This document shows, piece after piece, positions 18,489 through 28,100 of a stretch of 64,000 nt of DNA. The translations under genes and the position numbers were made by a program. The first letter of the stretch is position 1, and every line of letters begins with the position of its first letter. The stretch is from Candidatus Poseidoniales archaeon (GTDB taxonomy: Archaea > Thermoplasmatota > Poseidoniia > Poseidoniales > Poseidoniaceae), in the NCBI GenBank assembly GCA_003602475.1, contig QQSC01000015.1:46313-110312 (forward strand). Direction: 5' to 3'. Under the pieces are notes generated by a model. That model ran no database searches. It saw only the letters and a list, made by a program, of their open reading frames with translations, and was not told the DNA's origin.

Positions 18489-20471
18489 ATGATGGAAACG
18501 ATTCTCATTCTTGCAGCCTTTTTCATTGGCGCCGTTTACTTGATGTCCCGTTCGGTGGAAACCGGACTTGGCTCGGTTGGGGGTGCACTCCGCCAAATCG
18601 GCCTTTTCATCCTTCAAAAGAACCCTCCGGGCCTGGTTGACATCTTTGATGACCGCGACGGCAGCGGGTCACGGACATGGATGAACTTCGGTATGCTCTG
18701 GTTGGTTTTGGCCGGTTTGTTGGGCTTCCTTGATGGATGGCACAACTACGATCCAACCGCTTTGGATTCCCTCGCCAGCGTTGGCTGGTCGTACGACGAC
18801 GGTTCAGCGCTTCGAGAAGCCACCACCAACGTCCTTCAGTTCGCCCTTCTGTTTGGGCTTGTTGGAGCCTCCCTTGTCGCCGTTTCCCGAAACGGCAACG
18901 GCCGCTTGGCCAGTGAGGCCAACGCATCGCTGATCGCCGTTCTGTTGTCCGCCGTTTTGGTCGCTCAATACGTGTTGCCCTTCATCCTCGGGTTCGCCGA
19001 CGTCGACACGTCTGTTGCTCCATTCAGCATCGTTTTGTTCAGTTTGGAATCCATGGTCCTCGGGCTGCTGTTTGTTCCCGTACTGATCAACATCTTGCTC
19101 ACCGTATCGACACGAGAAAACGAAGACCTCTCCACGTCCTCATGGTTCCTCATCATGGGCGTTTTCGTCCACATCATGGCCATGCTAACCGTGTTCTTTG
19201 GCGACCTCGCTGGAAGCGAACAGGTTGAATGGTTTGGCAGGCGAGTCGGCTCGGGCTGGGTTCCGCTCGCCCTGATGTTCGCTGTGGGATACCATGTGGT
19301 CCCCATGGCTGCACAAGTCCCTATTTGGTCGGGAACTCTTCGTTCAGCGAGCATGTTCTTCCTCTTCATGACCGTTCCCGCTTTGTCCCTCACCGGTATC
19401 GAGGCAACAGGGTTCATGACCAATCTCATGGCCATCATGGTCACGTTGGGTCTCCTGCCTATTTTGGCTGCTTCTGTCAACATCGTGATGACGGCCATCA
19501 AGGGATTGGCTTCCGTGGCTGAAAACCCAGGGGCTATCGCTGGAATGTTTGCGTTTCTCTTGCTGCCATTCTACGCCGTTGGAACCTACTTCACCGGCAT
19601 GGACGCCTTTGTTGGTGCTGGTGAACTCGGGGCCATGGCGCACACCGTGAACACGGGACTTCTCTTCACGGTTGGTGGACTGTTGGTCCTGTCCGGCGTG
19701 TTTTCCAACTACCCCCTCGCTGTTGGTAAGCCTCTTTCGTCGGGCAACAGCACCTTGGCCGCATGGTTCGTGGCCATTGGCGGCGTCAGTTCAACCATCG
19801 TTTATCTCATGGGGAACTTCACCAAGAACGCCGTGGAACAAAGCGGCGCTGAGGACGTTGTTGCGGCCGACGGCGGCTTCTACCTCACTGGAGCAGCTCT
19901 GTTTTACCTCCTTGGTATTGGCGCCATCATGGCCAGCATGGCCGTTATTCGAACCGGAATTTCCCCAGCGAAGAAAATCATGGACACCTCTGTGGCTCAG
20001 GCCGTTTCCACCTACACCCTAACCGCTGGCTCTGCGACCACCATTCGAAATTTGATCGGTCGTGGCGTTGGCGTTGACACCGAATTGGTCATCAGCGAAA
20101 CAACCACCAAGAAAGGCGGTTCAACCGTGATTGCGGTTGATGCATCCCTTCACAACGACGAAGTGAAAGAATTCCCTTCCAAAGCCTCCGACGCCCTGGT
20201 TGAATTTGTTCAATACCTCGTGAATACCGGTCAATCCGTCATGGATGTGTTCATGGCCATGGACATGGACGGATCAGGCCGTGTAGACAGCCAAGAATTC
20301 CTGACGGCTTTGGTCAAAACCGACATCAAAGAATTGACCACCATGGACGCTGAAGCGTTGGTGGCCTCAATGGACCTTGATGGAGACGGGGAACTTAACC
20401 TTCCAGAACTCGACATCGCCATCGCTCAAATCAAGCGCGACCACAACCTCACAGCACAAGAGGAAGAGTGA
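18489..20471 (+). CDS. Polytopic membrane protein (about 14 TM) with a C-terminal pair of canonical EF-hand Ca2+-binding loops.
   Basis: There are many long hydrophobic helices. The C-terminus has DMDGSGRVDSQEF and DLDGDGELNLPEL, which are canonical DxDxDG 12-residue EF-hand loops. Confidence 0.7.
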   Translation: MMETILILAAFFIGAVYLMSRSVETGLGSVGGALRQIGLFILQKNPPGLVDIFDDRDGSGSRTWMNFGMLWLVLAGLLGFLDGWHNYDPTALDSLASVGWSYDDGSALREATTNVLQFALLFGLVGASLVAVSRNGNGRLASEANASLIAVLLSAVLVAQYVLPFILGFADVDTSVAPFSIVLFSLESMVLGLLFVPVLINILLTVSTRENEDLSTSSWFLIMGVFVHIMAMLTVFFGDLAGSEQVEWFGRRVGSGWVPLALMFAVGYHVVPMAAQVPIWSGTLRSASMFFLFMTVPALSLTGIEATGFMTNLMAIMVTLGLLPILAASVNIVMTAIKGLASVAENPGAIAGMFAFLLLPFYAVGTYFTGMDAFVGAGELGAMAHTVNTGLLFTVGGLLVLSGVFSNYPLAVGKPLSSGNSTLAAWFVAIGGVSSTIVYLMGNFTKNAVEQSGAEDVVAADGGFYLTGAALFYLLGIGAIMASMAVIRTGISPAKKIMDTSVAQAVSTYTLTAGSATTIRNLIGRGVGVDTELVISETTTKKGGSTVIAVDASLHNDEVKEFPSKASDALVEFVQYLVNTGQSVMDVFMAMDMDGSGRVDSQEFLTALVKTDIKELTTMDAEALVASMDLDGDGELNLPELDIAIAQIKRDHNLTAQEEE

Positions 20472-20483
20472 GCACCCACGGAT

Positions 20484-21773
20484 GTGGTGTCGGTGCGAAT
20501 CGGTTTGGTCGGCAAACCCAACGTGGGCAAGTCCACGTTCTTCTCGGCATCAACTCTCGCCCAAGTGGACATTGCCAACTATCCATTTTGCACGATTGAC
20601 CCCAACGTGGGCGTGGCGTTCGTCGAAGCCCGTCAACCATGTCCATGCAAAGATTTGCGCCAACGGTTGGAAGCGGAGGGGCGCATGGAGCCCGTGTCGC
20701 CCGACGACCCTCGCCAAGGCAGCCTTTGCGAACCGAGAACAGGTTCCTGCATTGGGCACCGCCGTCGGGTGCCGGTGGCGATGGTCGATGTCGCCGGGTT
20801 GGTGCCTGGTGCAAGTGAAGGGAAAGGTCGAGGAAATGCATTTTTAGCCGACCTGGCAAATTGCGATGTTCTCATCCAGGTGGTCGATGCTGCTGGGACG
20901 ACCGATCTTGAAGGACAGTTCCAAGGGACTGGAGCCTCGCTGAGTGAAGCACAATCGGGCTTGAAAGCTGAAATCGAATTCCTTCAACATGAACTGGACG
21001 CTTGGATTGGCCACCTCCTGACCGATGGATGGAACCGAGGGGTGCGCCGTGTTCAAGCCGAAGGAGAACGGGGGCTCCTGTCGTACATACACGAGAAACT
21101 GAGTGGTTTAGGCGCCAATCCACATCTGGTGGCGACTGGCTATCAGTCGTTCAAGAACACGGTTGAAGCTGGCCCACAACCTTGGGAATGGGATGCAACC
21201 ATCCTCCACCGTTTGGGGGCTAGTATGCGAGCTGTTTTGTTCCCAGTGGCGTACGCTGCAAACAAATGGGACATTGCTCCGGAGGGCTCAATCCCGACCT
21301 CCGGCAACACGCCGCTTCACCCGTGCATGGCGGACGTTGAACTGGCGCTCAAGCGTGCAGATTTAGCGGGGCTCATTCGATACGAGCCCGGTTCTTCCAT
21401 GTTTGACGTGCCCAATGCCGAACAGCTGACTGAGGCTCAGGCCAAGGCGCTTCGCCACATGGCAGAACGAATGGAATCGCTGAAGGGCACGGGATTGGCT
21501 CCATTGATGGATCACGTCCTCTTTTCAATGTTGGATCGCATGGTGGTTTACCCCGTACAAGATGAGTCGCGTTGGGTTGATGGAGACGGCCGCGTGCTCC
21601 CGGATGCATTTGTTGTCCCTCAACAAACACAAGCCAAACCTCTTGCTTATCTTGTTCACAGTGATTTAGGGGACGGTTTCATTCGAGGCGTTGACGGCCG
21701 GACCAAGCGGGTGGTCGGGGCTGAGCACGAACTCAACGACGGCGATGTCCTGAAGATTCACGCCAAGGCGTGA
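20484..21773 (+). CDS. ychF: YchF/OLA1-family ribosome-associated P-loop NTPase with a C-terminal TGS domain.
   Basis: It has GLVGKPNVGKSTFFSA and NYPFCTIDPNVGV, which form the Obg-like G1 and switch regions. The C-terminal TGS-like segment is DGDVLKIHAKA. Confidence 0.85.
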   Translation: MVSVRIGLVGKPNVGKSTFFSASTLAQVDIANYPFCTIDPNVGVAFVEARQPCPCKDLRQRLEAEGRMEPVSPDDPRQGSLCEPRTGSCIGHRRRVPVAMVDVAGLVPGASEGKGRGNAFLADLANCDVLIQVVDAAGTTDLEGQFQGTGASLSEAQSGLKAEIEFLQHELDAWIGHLLTDGWNRGVRRVQAEGERGLLSYIHEKLSGLGANPHLVATGYQSFKNTVEAGPQPWEWDATILHRLGASMRAVLFPVAYAANKWDIAPEGSIPTSGNTPLHPCMADVELALKRADLAGLIRYEPGSSMFDVPNAEQLTEAQAKALRHMAERMESLKGTGLAPLMDHVLFSMLDRMVVYPVQDESRWVDGDGRVLPDAFVVPQQTQAKPLAYLVHSDLGDGFIRGVDGRTKRVVGAEHELNDGDVLKIHAKA

Positions 21774-21780
21774 TTGATGT

Positions 21781-22167
21781 TCAATGGCCTTTTGGTCGGT
21801 CGTAGGCCGGGGATAGACGGGCCATTTGACCTGAAAATCTTCCGCCTCGATAAAAGAACAAAATGGGCGCCAACAGGGTAAGCAAAATCAGAAGGCCGAG
21901 GAAAAACAAGCCCCACGGCTCAACATCGGAAAGGAGCATCCCCCACAAAACCCACAAGAAGGGGATGTAAAGGAAAACGCTGTACCGTCGTGCAACGGCG
22001 GAAAAGCGTGCACTGGCCGTGCTCTTGTTGAACAAAACGGGGACATCGCTCTCAGCAACCAAACCTTGCTCAACACCGCAGCGAACACAGACCTGGGTCT
22101 TGGGTCCGTTGCCGTGAATAAAGAACTCGCGAGGGTAGGTCGATCCACAGTGTCGGCAGGCTGGCAT
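21781..22167 (-). CDS. Zinc-ribbon plus two-TM membrane protein, hypothetical.
   Basis: The CRHCGS…CVRCG motif is a CxxC…CxxC zinc ribbon. It is followed by two hydrophobic helices. Confidence 0.45.
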   Translation of the reverse strand: MPACRHCGSTYPREFFIHGNGPKTQVCVRCGVEQGLVAESDVPVLFNKSTASARFSAVARRYSVFLYIPFLWVLWGMLLSDVEPWGLFFLGLLILLTLLAPILFFYRGGRFSGQMARLSPAYDRPKGH

Positions 22168-22203
22168 GGTCCTTCCTCAACCCACCCACCAAGAAGTGAT
22201 TCT

Positions 22204-24453
22204 TCAACCATCCGATGGAAGGGATAGAAATCGCTCAATGAGTTGAACACCTTGGGGCGAGCCAACCGATTCGGGGTGAAATTGGAGCCCGTGGACCGCA
22301 GCCTGTTCATGCCGTATGCCCATCACGGCCTCCGTACCCAGTTCCGTTGCGTTCACCAACATGGTGTGTGTGCTGCTGGTCACCTCGACGGTCAAGGAAT
22401 TGTAGCGGGTTTGTTCCAAGGCCGTATCGCTTTTTGAAAACAACCCGGTTCCATCGTGGTTGATTTGAACCGGCACGCCGTGTACGGGTCCGTTGGGCGA
22501 GCGCACCAGTCGCATGCCGCTGGCAACCCCCAACGCTTGATGGCCCAGGCACACACCCAAAACGGGGCAGAGCAGTTGTCCAGCAACGGCGTGATGGGCC
22601 ATCGCCATGGTCAAGTCAGCATCTTCCGGTGCTCCTGGGCCCGGTCCCAAGACGATGTGCGAAGGTTGCAGCCGATCAAGGAGGTCGAACAAAATCACTG
22701 GGTCGTGGAGTTCCCTCATCGCGGGTGAACGCCCATGAACAACCACAACATCTCTTCCGGTTCCAGCAATTGCATGGACGATGTTGTTGCTGAACGAATC
22801 AAGATTGTCAACGAACAGCACGCCCCCCTCCAGTTTCTCAAGAAGGGCCTCTGGTAGGGAAACAACACTTCCCGAGTGTTCAGAAGCATGTCCCGATTGC
22901 CGCTGCGACCGTTGAACAGGATGGACACTGAGGGACCTGTTTGGCAAGTCGGTTTCGCTGGGGTTTGACCATCCAGCAGCGGTGAGCAAAGCGTTGGCTT
23001 TCCACTGGCTTTCCTCAACTTCGGATTTCGGTACAGAGCCAATTGTGATTCCACCACCAGCACCAACGGTACCGGTCCATTGACGGCCGGATCGTCTTGC
23101 TTCAAGTGTGCGAATGAGGATGTTCCAAGTGCTCTGGCCGGTGTGCACGTCCACCCAGCCCAAGGAACCCGTCCAAAACGATCGGGGTTGTTGTTCCAGT
23201 TCATCAACAGCGGCACAGACCATGGTTCGAGGACAACCGGTGATGGAGCCACCGGGAAAGACGGCTTGAAGGGCGTCCAAACCGTCACGGCCTTCGTGAA
23301 ATTGCCCTTCAACATGGCTGACAAGGTGTTGAACGTTGGCGTAAGCTTCCACATCAAAACGGCTGACACGAACCGAACCAACGGCACAGACGGTCCCTAT
23401 GTCGTGACGCATGAGGTCAACCAACATTCTGTGTTCGGCTCGCTCCTTGTCGTCGTTGAGCATGTGTTCTCGCAAGCGTTGTGCTTCTTCCTCATCGTCC
23501 CCTTGCGGGACCGTGCCCTTGATGGGCGCGGTTCGAACCGTGATCTCGTCGTTTTCGAGCAGGCATTCGGGGGATGAACTGGCGATGGCAAAACCGAGGT
23601 CCGTTGCTTCAAGGTAGGCCGAGTACGGTGCAGGATTGCTGACGAGTAGCCGCTGAAAGACAGCGTACGGATGATCGATGGGGCCCGACCAATGCTTTCC
23701 GATGTTGGCCTGGTAGAATTGTCCGTTGCGAATGCTTTCTCTCACGATGTTGATCAGGTCAATATGGCGCTCAGGTGAGAGTGAAACGTGAGGTTCAGCG
23801 ATGTTGACAACGACCGGGGCATTGGGAGCTGCTCCAATGGTTTCGACATGTTTCAAAGCTTGATGCCCCCAGTCGGAGGAGGAGAGAACGTGGTGTTGTT
23901 CGGTCGCTCTGTCGATGAGCACACCGTTTTCAATCCGCCAAAGCACGGTGAGTATTTCGTTCTCTTCAGGAGGGTGTTGGAGGCGAAGTGGCTGCGTCCA
24001 TTGGACCATGTCATAGGCAACAGCACCGCACCAGAAGGGACGTTGAGGTGCTGAACGAGGACCTTGATGGTCAAACATATGGTTGGGAGTGATGTCCACC
24101 AGTTTCCTGAGCAGGTCACCAATGTCATCGGCCATGATGGTTGTTTGGTGGTACCAAGAGCCGTGTTTCCATTCCTCAACTTGCGCCCGCAATTGAGGGG
24201 TTTCTTCCTCCAAAACGAGTTCACCCTTTGATGGGGCATGCGGCGTTGCCGCAGGCAGAACGCTTTGGCTGGGCTGTCGAACGATCACGCGGGCCTTTGC
24301 TGGCGCTGCAATCAACGACCACTTGGCCAGAGGGGTTGAAGGCCCACCCGAGACCAGAATGGCCCTGTCAGGGGCGCCGTGTTTGATGGCTGATTCCCCA
24401 ATCAAGCCCGCTTGCAGGAGGGCATGATCAATGGCCATGATGCGCTCATTCAT
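22204..24453 (-). CDS. pabAB: Aminodeoxychorismate synthase (or anthranilate synthase) fusion of component I and component II: chorismate-binding domain plus type-1 glutamine amidotransferase.
   Basis: The chorismate-binding core has FPGGSITGCP and GGGITIGS motifs. The C-terminal GATase has VLFVDNLDSFSNN and catalytic Cys and His regions (GVCLGHQALG, LQFHPES). Confidence 0.8.
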   Translation of the reverse strand: MNERIMAIDHALLQAGLIGESAIKHGAPDRAILVSGGPSTPLAKWSLIAAPAKARVIVRQPSQSVLPAATPHAPSKGELVLEEETPQLRAQVEEWKHGSWYHQTTIMADDIGDLLRKLVDITPNHMFDHQGPRSAPQRPFWCGAVAYDMVQWTQPLRLQHPPEENEILTVLWRIENGVLIDRATEQHHVLSSSDWGHQALKHVETIGAAPNAPVVVNIAEPHVSLSPERHIDLINIVRESIRNGQFYQANIGKHWSGPIDHPYAVFQRLLVSNPAPYSAYLEATDLGFAIASSSPECLLENDEITVRTAPIKGTVPQGDDEEEAQRLREHMLNDDKERAEHRMLVDLMRHDIGTVCAVGSVRVSRFDVEAYANVQHLVSHVEGQFHEGRDGLDALQAVFPGGSITGCPRTMVCAAVDELEQQPRSFWTGSLGWVDVHTGQSTWNILIRTLEARRSGRQWTGTVGAGGGITIGSVPKSEVEESQWKANALLTAAGWSNPSETDLPNRSLSVHPVQRSQRQSGHASEHSGSVVSLPEALLEKLEGGVLFVDNLDSFSNNIVHAIAGTGRDVVVVHGRSPAMRELHDPVILFDLLDRLQPSHIVLGPGPGAPEDADLTMAMAHHAVAGQLLCPVLGVCLGHQALGVASGMRLVRSPNGPVHGVPVQINHDGTGLFSKSDTALEQTRYNSLTVEVTSSTHTMLVNATELGTEAVMGIRHEQAAVHGLQFHPESVGSPQGVQLIERFLSLPSDG

Positions 24454-25183
24454 CTCTCGGCCCCAACGGTGTCCATGTGGCCGGCTGGGAATAATGTTCG
24501 CTCAAGCGTTGTTGGAGATGTTCAGAAAAGGCTGTGAAACCGCCCATTGGCTCCCCGTCGATGGCATCGATACGAACCACGCCCAGTCCGGTACCCACGA
24601 CGACCAATTCGTTGCAGCGAGCGACCAATCGTTCGTTCAGTCGCCCCCGTTGGACGGGGTAACCATCGTTGGGAAGGGTTTGTTCAAACCATGCAGCAAC
24701 CACGCCGTCAACCCCTCCGTCGTCAGGATGTGGGAGCCAAACCGTACCGTCTTCGTCCAACAGCATGGGCGTACCGCGATCGGCGTCCACGAGGGCATGG
24801 TCGTGAACAAATAGAGCCACATCGCACCCCCTGTCTTCTGCTTGTGCTCGCGCTTCAAGGTAGGGTTCCCATTGTCCGTGCTTGGTCCCGTTGACGCTGG
24901 GTGTCCAGCGCGGTGCAGGCAACGTGATGGCTTCCATTGGCTCATCGTGAAGGCCTCGTTGGCGCTGTGTGAGCGACCAACCGCTTTCAGAACCAAAGGC
25001 CAAACGCACCATTCCGTGTGGTGGTATCGCTTCGAAGTGAGCGGGTTCCAACGGACCCAGCGTCATGCGAAGACGCTGGGCATGCTTCTGAATTCGCTGC
25101 CAATGTTGTGGCCAATCTGCAACCTCGTTGTGGGCGTTGACCAACAACGTGGTGAACACTTCACGGCGGGGCCCTCGAACCAT
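24446..25183 (-). CDS. Class-IV (fold type IV) PLP enzyme-like protein, a probable aminodeoxychorismate lyase.
   Basis: It has an 8-nt overlap with the pabAB-like gene. Its size and weak D-aminotransferase/ADC-lyase-like pattern fit. No strong motif was seen, so the call rests mainly on context. Confidence 0.45.
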   Translation of the reverse strand: MVRGPRREVFTTLLVNAHNEVADWPQHWQRIQKHAQRLRMTLGPLEPAHFEAIPPHGMVRLAFGSESGWSLTQRQRGLHDEPMEAITLPAPRWTPSVNGTKHGQWEPYLEARAQAEDRGCDVALFVHDHALVDADRGTPMLLDEDGTVWLPHPDDGGVDGVVAAWFEQTLPNDGYPVQRGRLNERLVARCNELVVVGTGLGVVRIDAIDGEPMGGFTAFSEHLQQRLSEHYSQPATWTPLGPRDE

Positions 25184-25192
25184 GGGGACGCC

Positions 25193-28100
25193 TCACAGCA
25201 AGTCATCAAGGAAGGAGGTGTCAACCTTCGGTTGTGATGGGGCCTGGGGCTCGTCGACAAGACCGTCGAGCAGATTCATGTCCACACGGGGTTGGACGAC
25301 GGGTTGAGGCGCTTGGTAAGCGGTTTGCCCGTAGTCGGGACTCTGAATCTGTTCTGCCGCGGCGTAAATGTCGCTGGCCTGTTGAGCCGAGACGCCTTGA
25401 GGCGGACTGGGCGCAGGCATTCCTTGCGGTGCTTCCCACGACGGGGTCTCGATGCCCCAGGTGGCTTCTTGGAGTTCCCAATTCTTGTTTCGCTTTTGGC
25501 CACCGCTTCGGCTTCTGGCCACGAGAACGAGCAACAGCAGAACGACGATCACCATGCCAGCCGCCACGAGGTTCGGGCCAGTAAGCAACGATTCAAGTTG
25601 CAAACCGTCCCCGTCCTCGGTTGATTCAGTACCTGCTTCATCACCGTTGACCGGTAGAAGAAGCAAGGATTCAACGGTGGTTTTGCTCACGGTTTCATCA
25701 AACGCCACAACGGCGAGATGCCATCCCGTGGTGTTGTCAAGTTCCTCATACAGTTCCGAGGTGATGAGATAACTGTTGGACGCTCGAACCTCACCAACCA
25801 TGGTAGCGATGCCGGTGTCCTCAAACGCCTCATCATGGATGTAGACTTGGTAGCCTCTGACACGTGCGTCGGTGGAATGGTTCCATTCGACCAAGATGCT
25901 CGTTTCTTCAAACCACGATACTCCAACATTGGCAATGTCGGGCAAGTAGACTCCGGGGTCGGTGATGCCTTCGTTTGTGGCTTCGGCTGAGACCATCGTT
26001 AGCATGTCGGTGAACGAGTTTGAAGAAGAGTCCACAACGACCACAGCGGCCCAGATTTGCTGGCCCGGAACCACAGGAGTATCTCCGGCCACGAGGTCAA
26101 TCACCACGGGCAAAGCAGGGTTTCGACCGAGGGTTGCCACGGGTGTCAACAACGCCGTCACCTCACCGTTGAAGTCGTAGGTGGCCGCATACACTTCGTA
26201 CGCAGCAACATCTCCGGCCTCGGACAGATCAAAGTCGAGCAACAACGCTTGACCGTTGTCGTTGGGGCGATCAACCAAACGCACCTCAGTCAACCGTTCC
26301 GGAGCTGTGTTGTCGTTGAGGTTGTCCACGGGTGTGACGGTGGCTTGCGTAAGATCCGTCAGGTGAACGTTGCCCCGCAGGTCGTGAACGGTTACGGCGG
26401 TGTAAAGCTCAATCCCTGGCTGAATCAATCCTGGTGCTCCGTCTGTCAAACCACCACCGTTGGTGTACAAAGCCGTGGACAGCGTCAGTTGGATGGGGTT
26501 TGTTTCCTCGTCGATCCATTGCTTGTTGAAGCTGAAGCAACCGCAGGCGTTGGCGTCGGTGCCCGTCAACGCATAAAGCGCTGAGAGGTCGGTAACCGGT
26601 TGGTCGGCAACCCATACGGTGTACGAGGCGAAATCGTCGACTTGGCTGGGTTCCCAGACCACATCGATGGCGGTTCCATCGTCTTCTGGATGGTCAAACG
26701 CCAGCAGGGTGGTGATGCGATTGGGTGTTGAGCCTTGACCAATGACGTTTTGCATTGGTGTTGCGAGGACCAAGGTAACGTCGTCGATGTTGCCGTTGAG
26801 CCAAGCGTCGTAAGCCACCACACCAACGGCGTAACTGCGACCGTCGGTCAACGGAATTCCATCAAGTCTGTTCAGAACGATTGATGTTGTCAGGCAATCG
26901 TTGATGATCGCCGCCTGGGAAAAGGATTCCACGCTGCTCGGGTCGCTCAACGACAGGCTGGCGTCGTTTTGCATGGCTTCGTCCCACGGAGACATGAACA
27001 CGGTGTAGAAGGCGCAATCTTCTGCGTCGCTTGCGTTCCACTCAACGTTGATTCTGCCACCTTCGTCCTCCGGAACATCGAGCGCTCGAGTGCCTTCAAT
27101 GGGGTCAGGGGCTTGGTTGTCGTTGAGTTCCCCGGTTGGAACGACGGGGCCGACGACGGTGATGTCCGAGAGGTTCTCTTGTCCCGACTGGTCGACGCAA
27201 GTCCACCCGATCCAAACCGGCACACCTGGGGTGAGGGCGATGGTGCTCAAGTTGCCTTGATTGGGGAGGTAGGTTGAAGCGGGGGTGAGGCCGAAGGCAT
27301 CGGTGAACGGTGTTGTGGCCACATAGACGTTGGTGGACGCCAAATCAAGCGCTGTGCACCTTGCCCATTCCAAGCTCAGGTCCCCGTCGTTGTCGTCCCC
27401 TTCAGCGGGCAATGCTTGAGCCCAAGCGGGCGGGCGAGGAACTTCGTTTGATGAGGTGGCTGGTCCGACCGAGGGCGAGATGTCGCCCCATCGGCCGTCG
27501 TTGTATTCAACCACGACAACCGCGTGGTAATCCACACCGTCCTGTAGGGGAACACCGTTGGCGGTTTGAACCTCGGTTGAGAGGCGACTGTGGAGCGAAA
27601 CCGCCTTGTCAGGGGTCCGTTGCATCAGCATCGCTTCTGTGGGTGCGGTTTCCCAAGGACCTTCGTTCACAAACACGACATAGCGTGCGAAATCTTCGTC
27701 GTGCACAAGGGACCACGAAGCCATCAAGGCACCGCCGCCGTCATCGGGTCGGTCGGTGAGGTCTTGCATCACCACTGGAGTATCGGTTCGGACGTAGTCG
27801 TAGGTGATTCTCGCTTCCATTGATCCGTTGGAAGGCGACAACAACCGCAGGCTCACGTGACGAGTGTTGTTGTAGAGAGGTGCCACATCAACAGCGCTTT
27901 GGAGGTTCATTCCCAGGGCGGGGTCGTTGCTGAGGTCGAGGGTGATGTCGTACAGCAGCCGTTCGGATTGGGTCCAAACAGCAGCTCCATTCACCGGAGA
28001 GGTGAACACGAGTGGTACGTTTTGGAACAACACGCCATGCGCACCAGCCGTCCCGAGTTCAGCATTGAGGGCGTACGGGTCCGAGGGGTCAACAAGCGTG

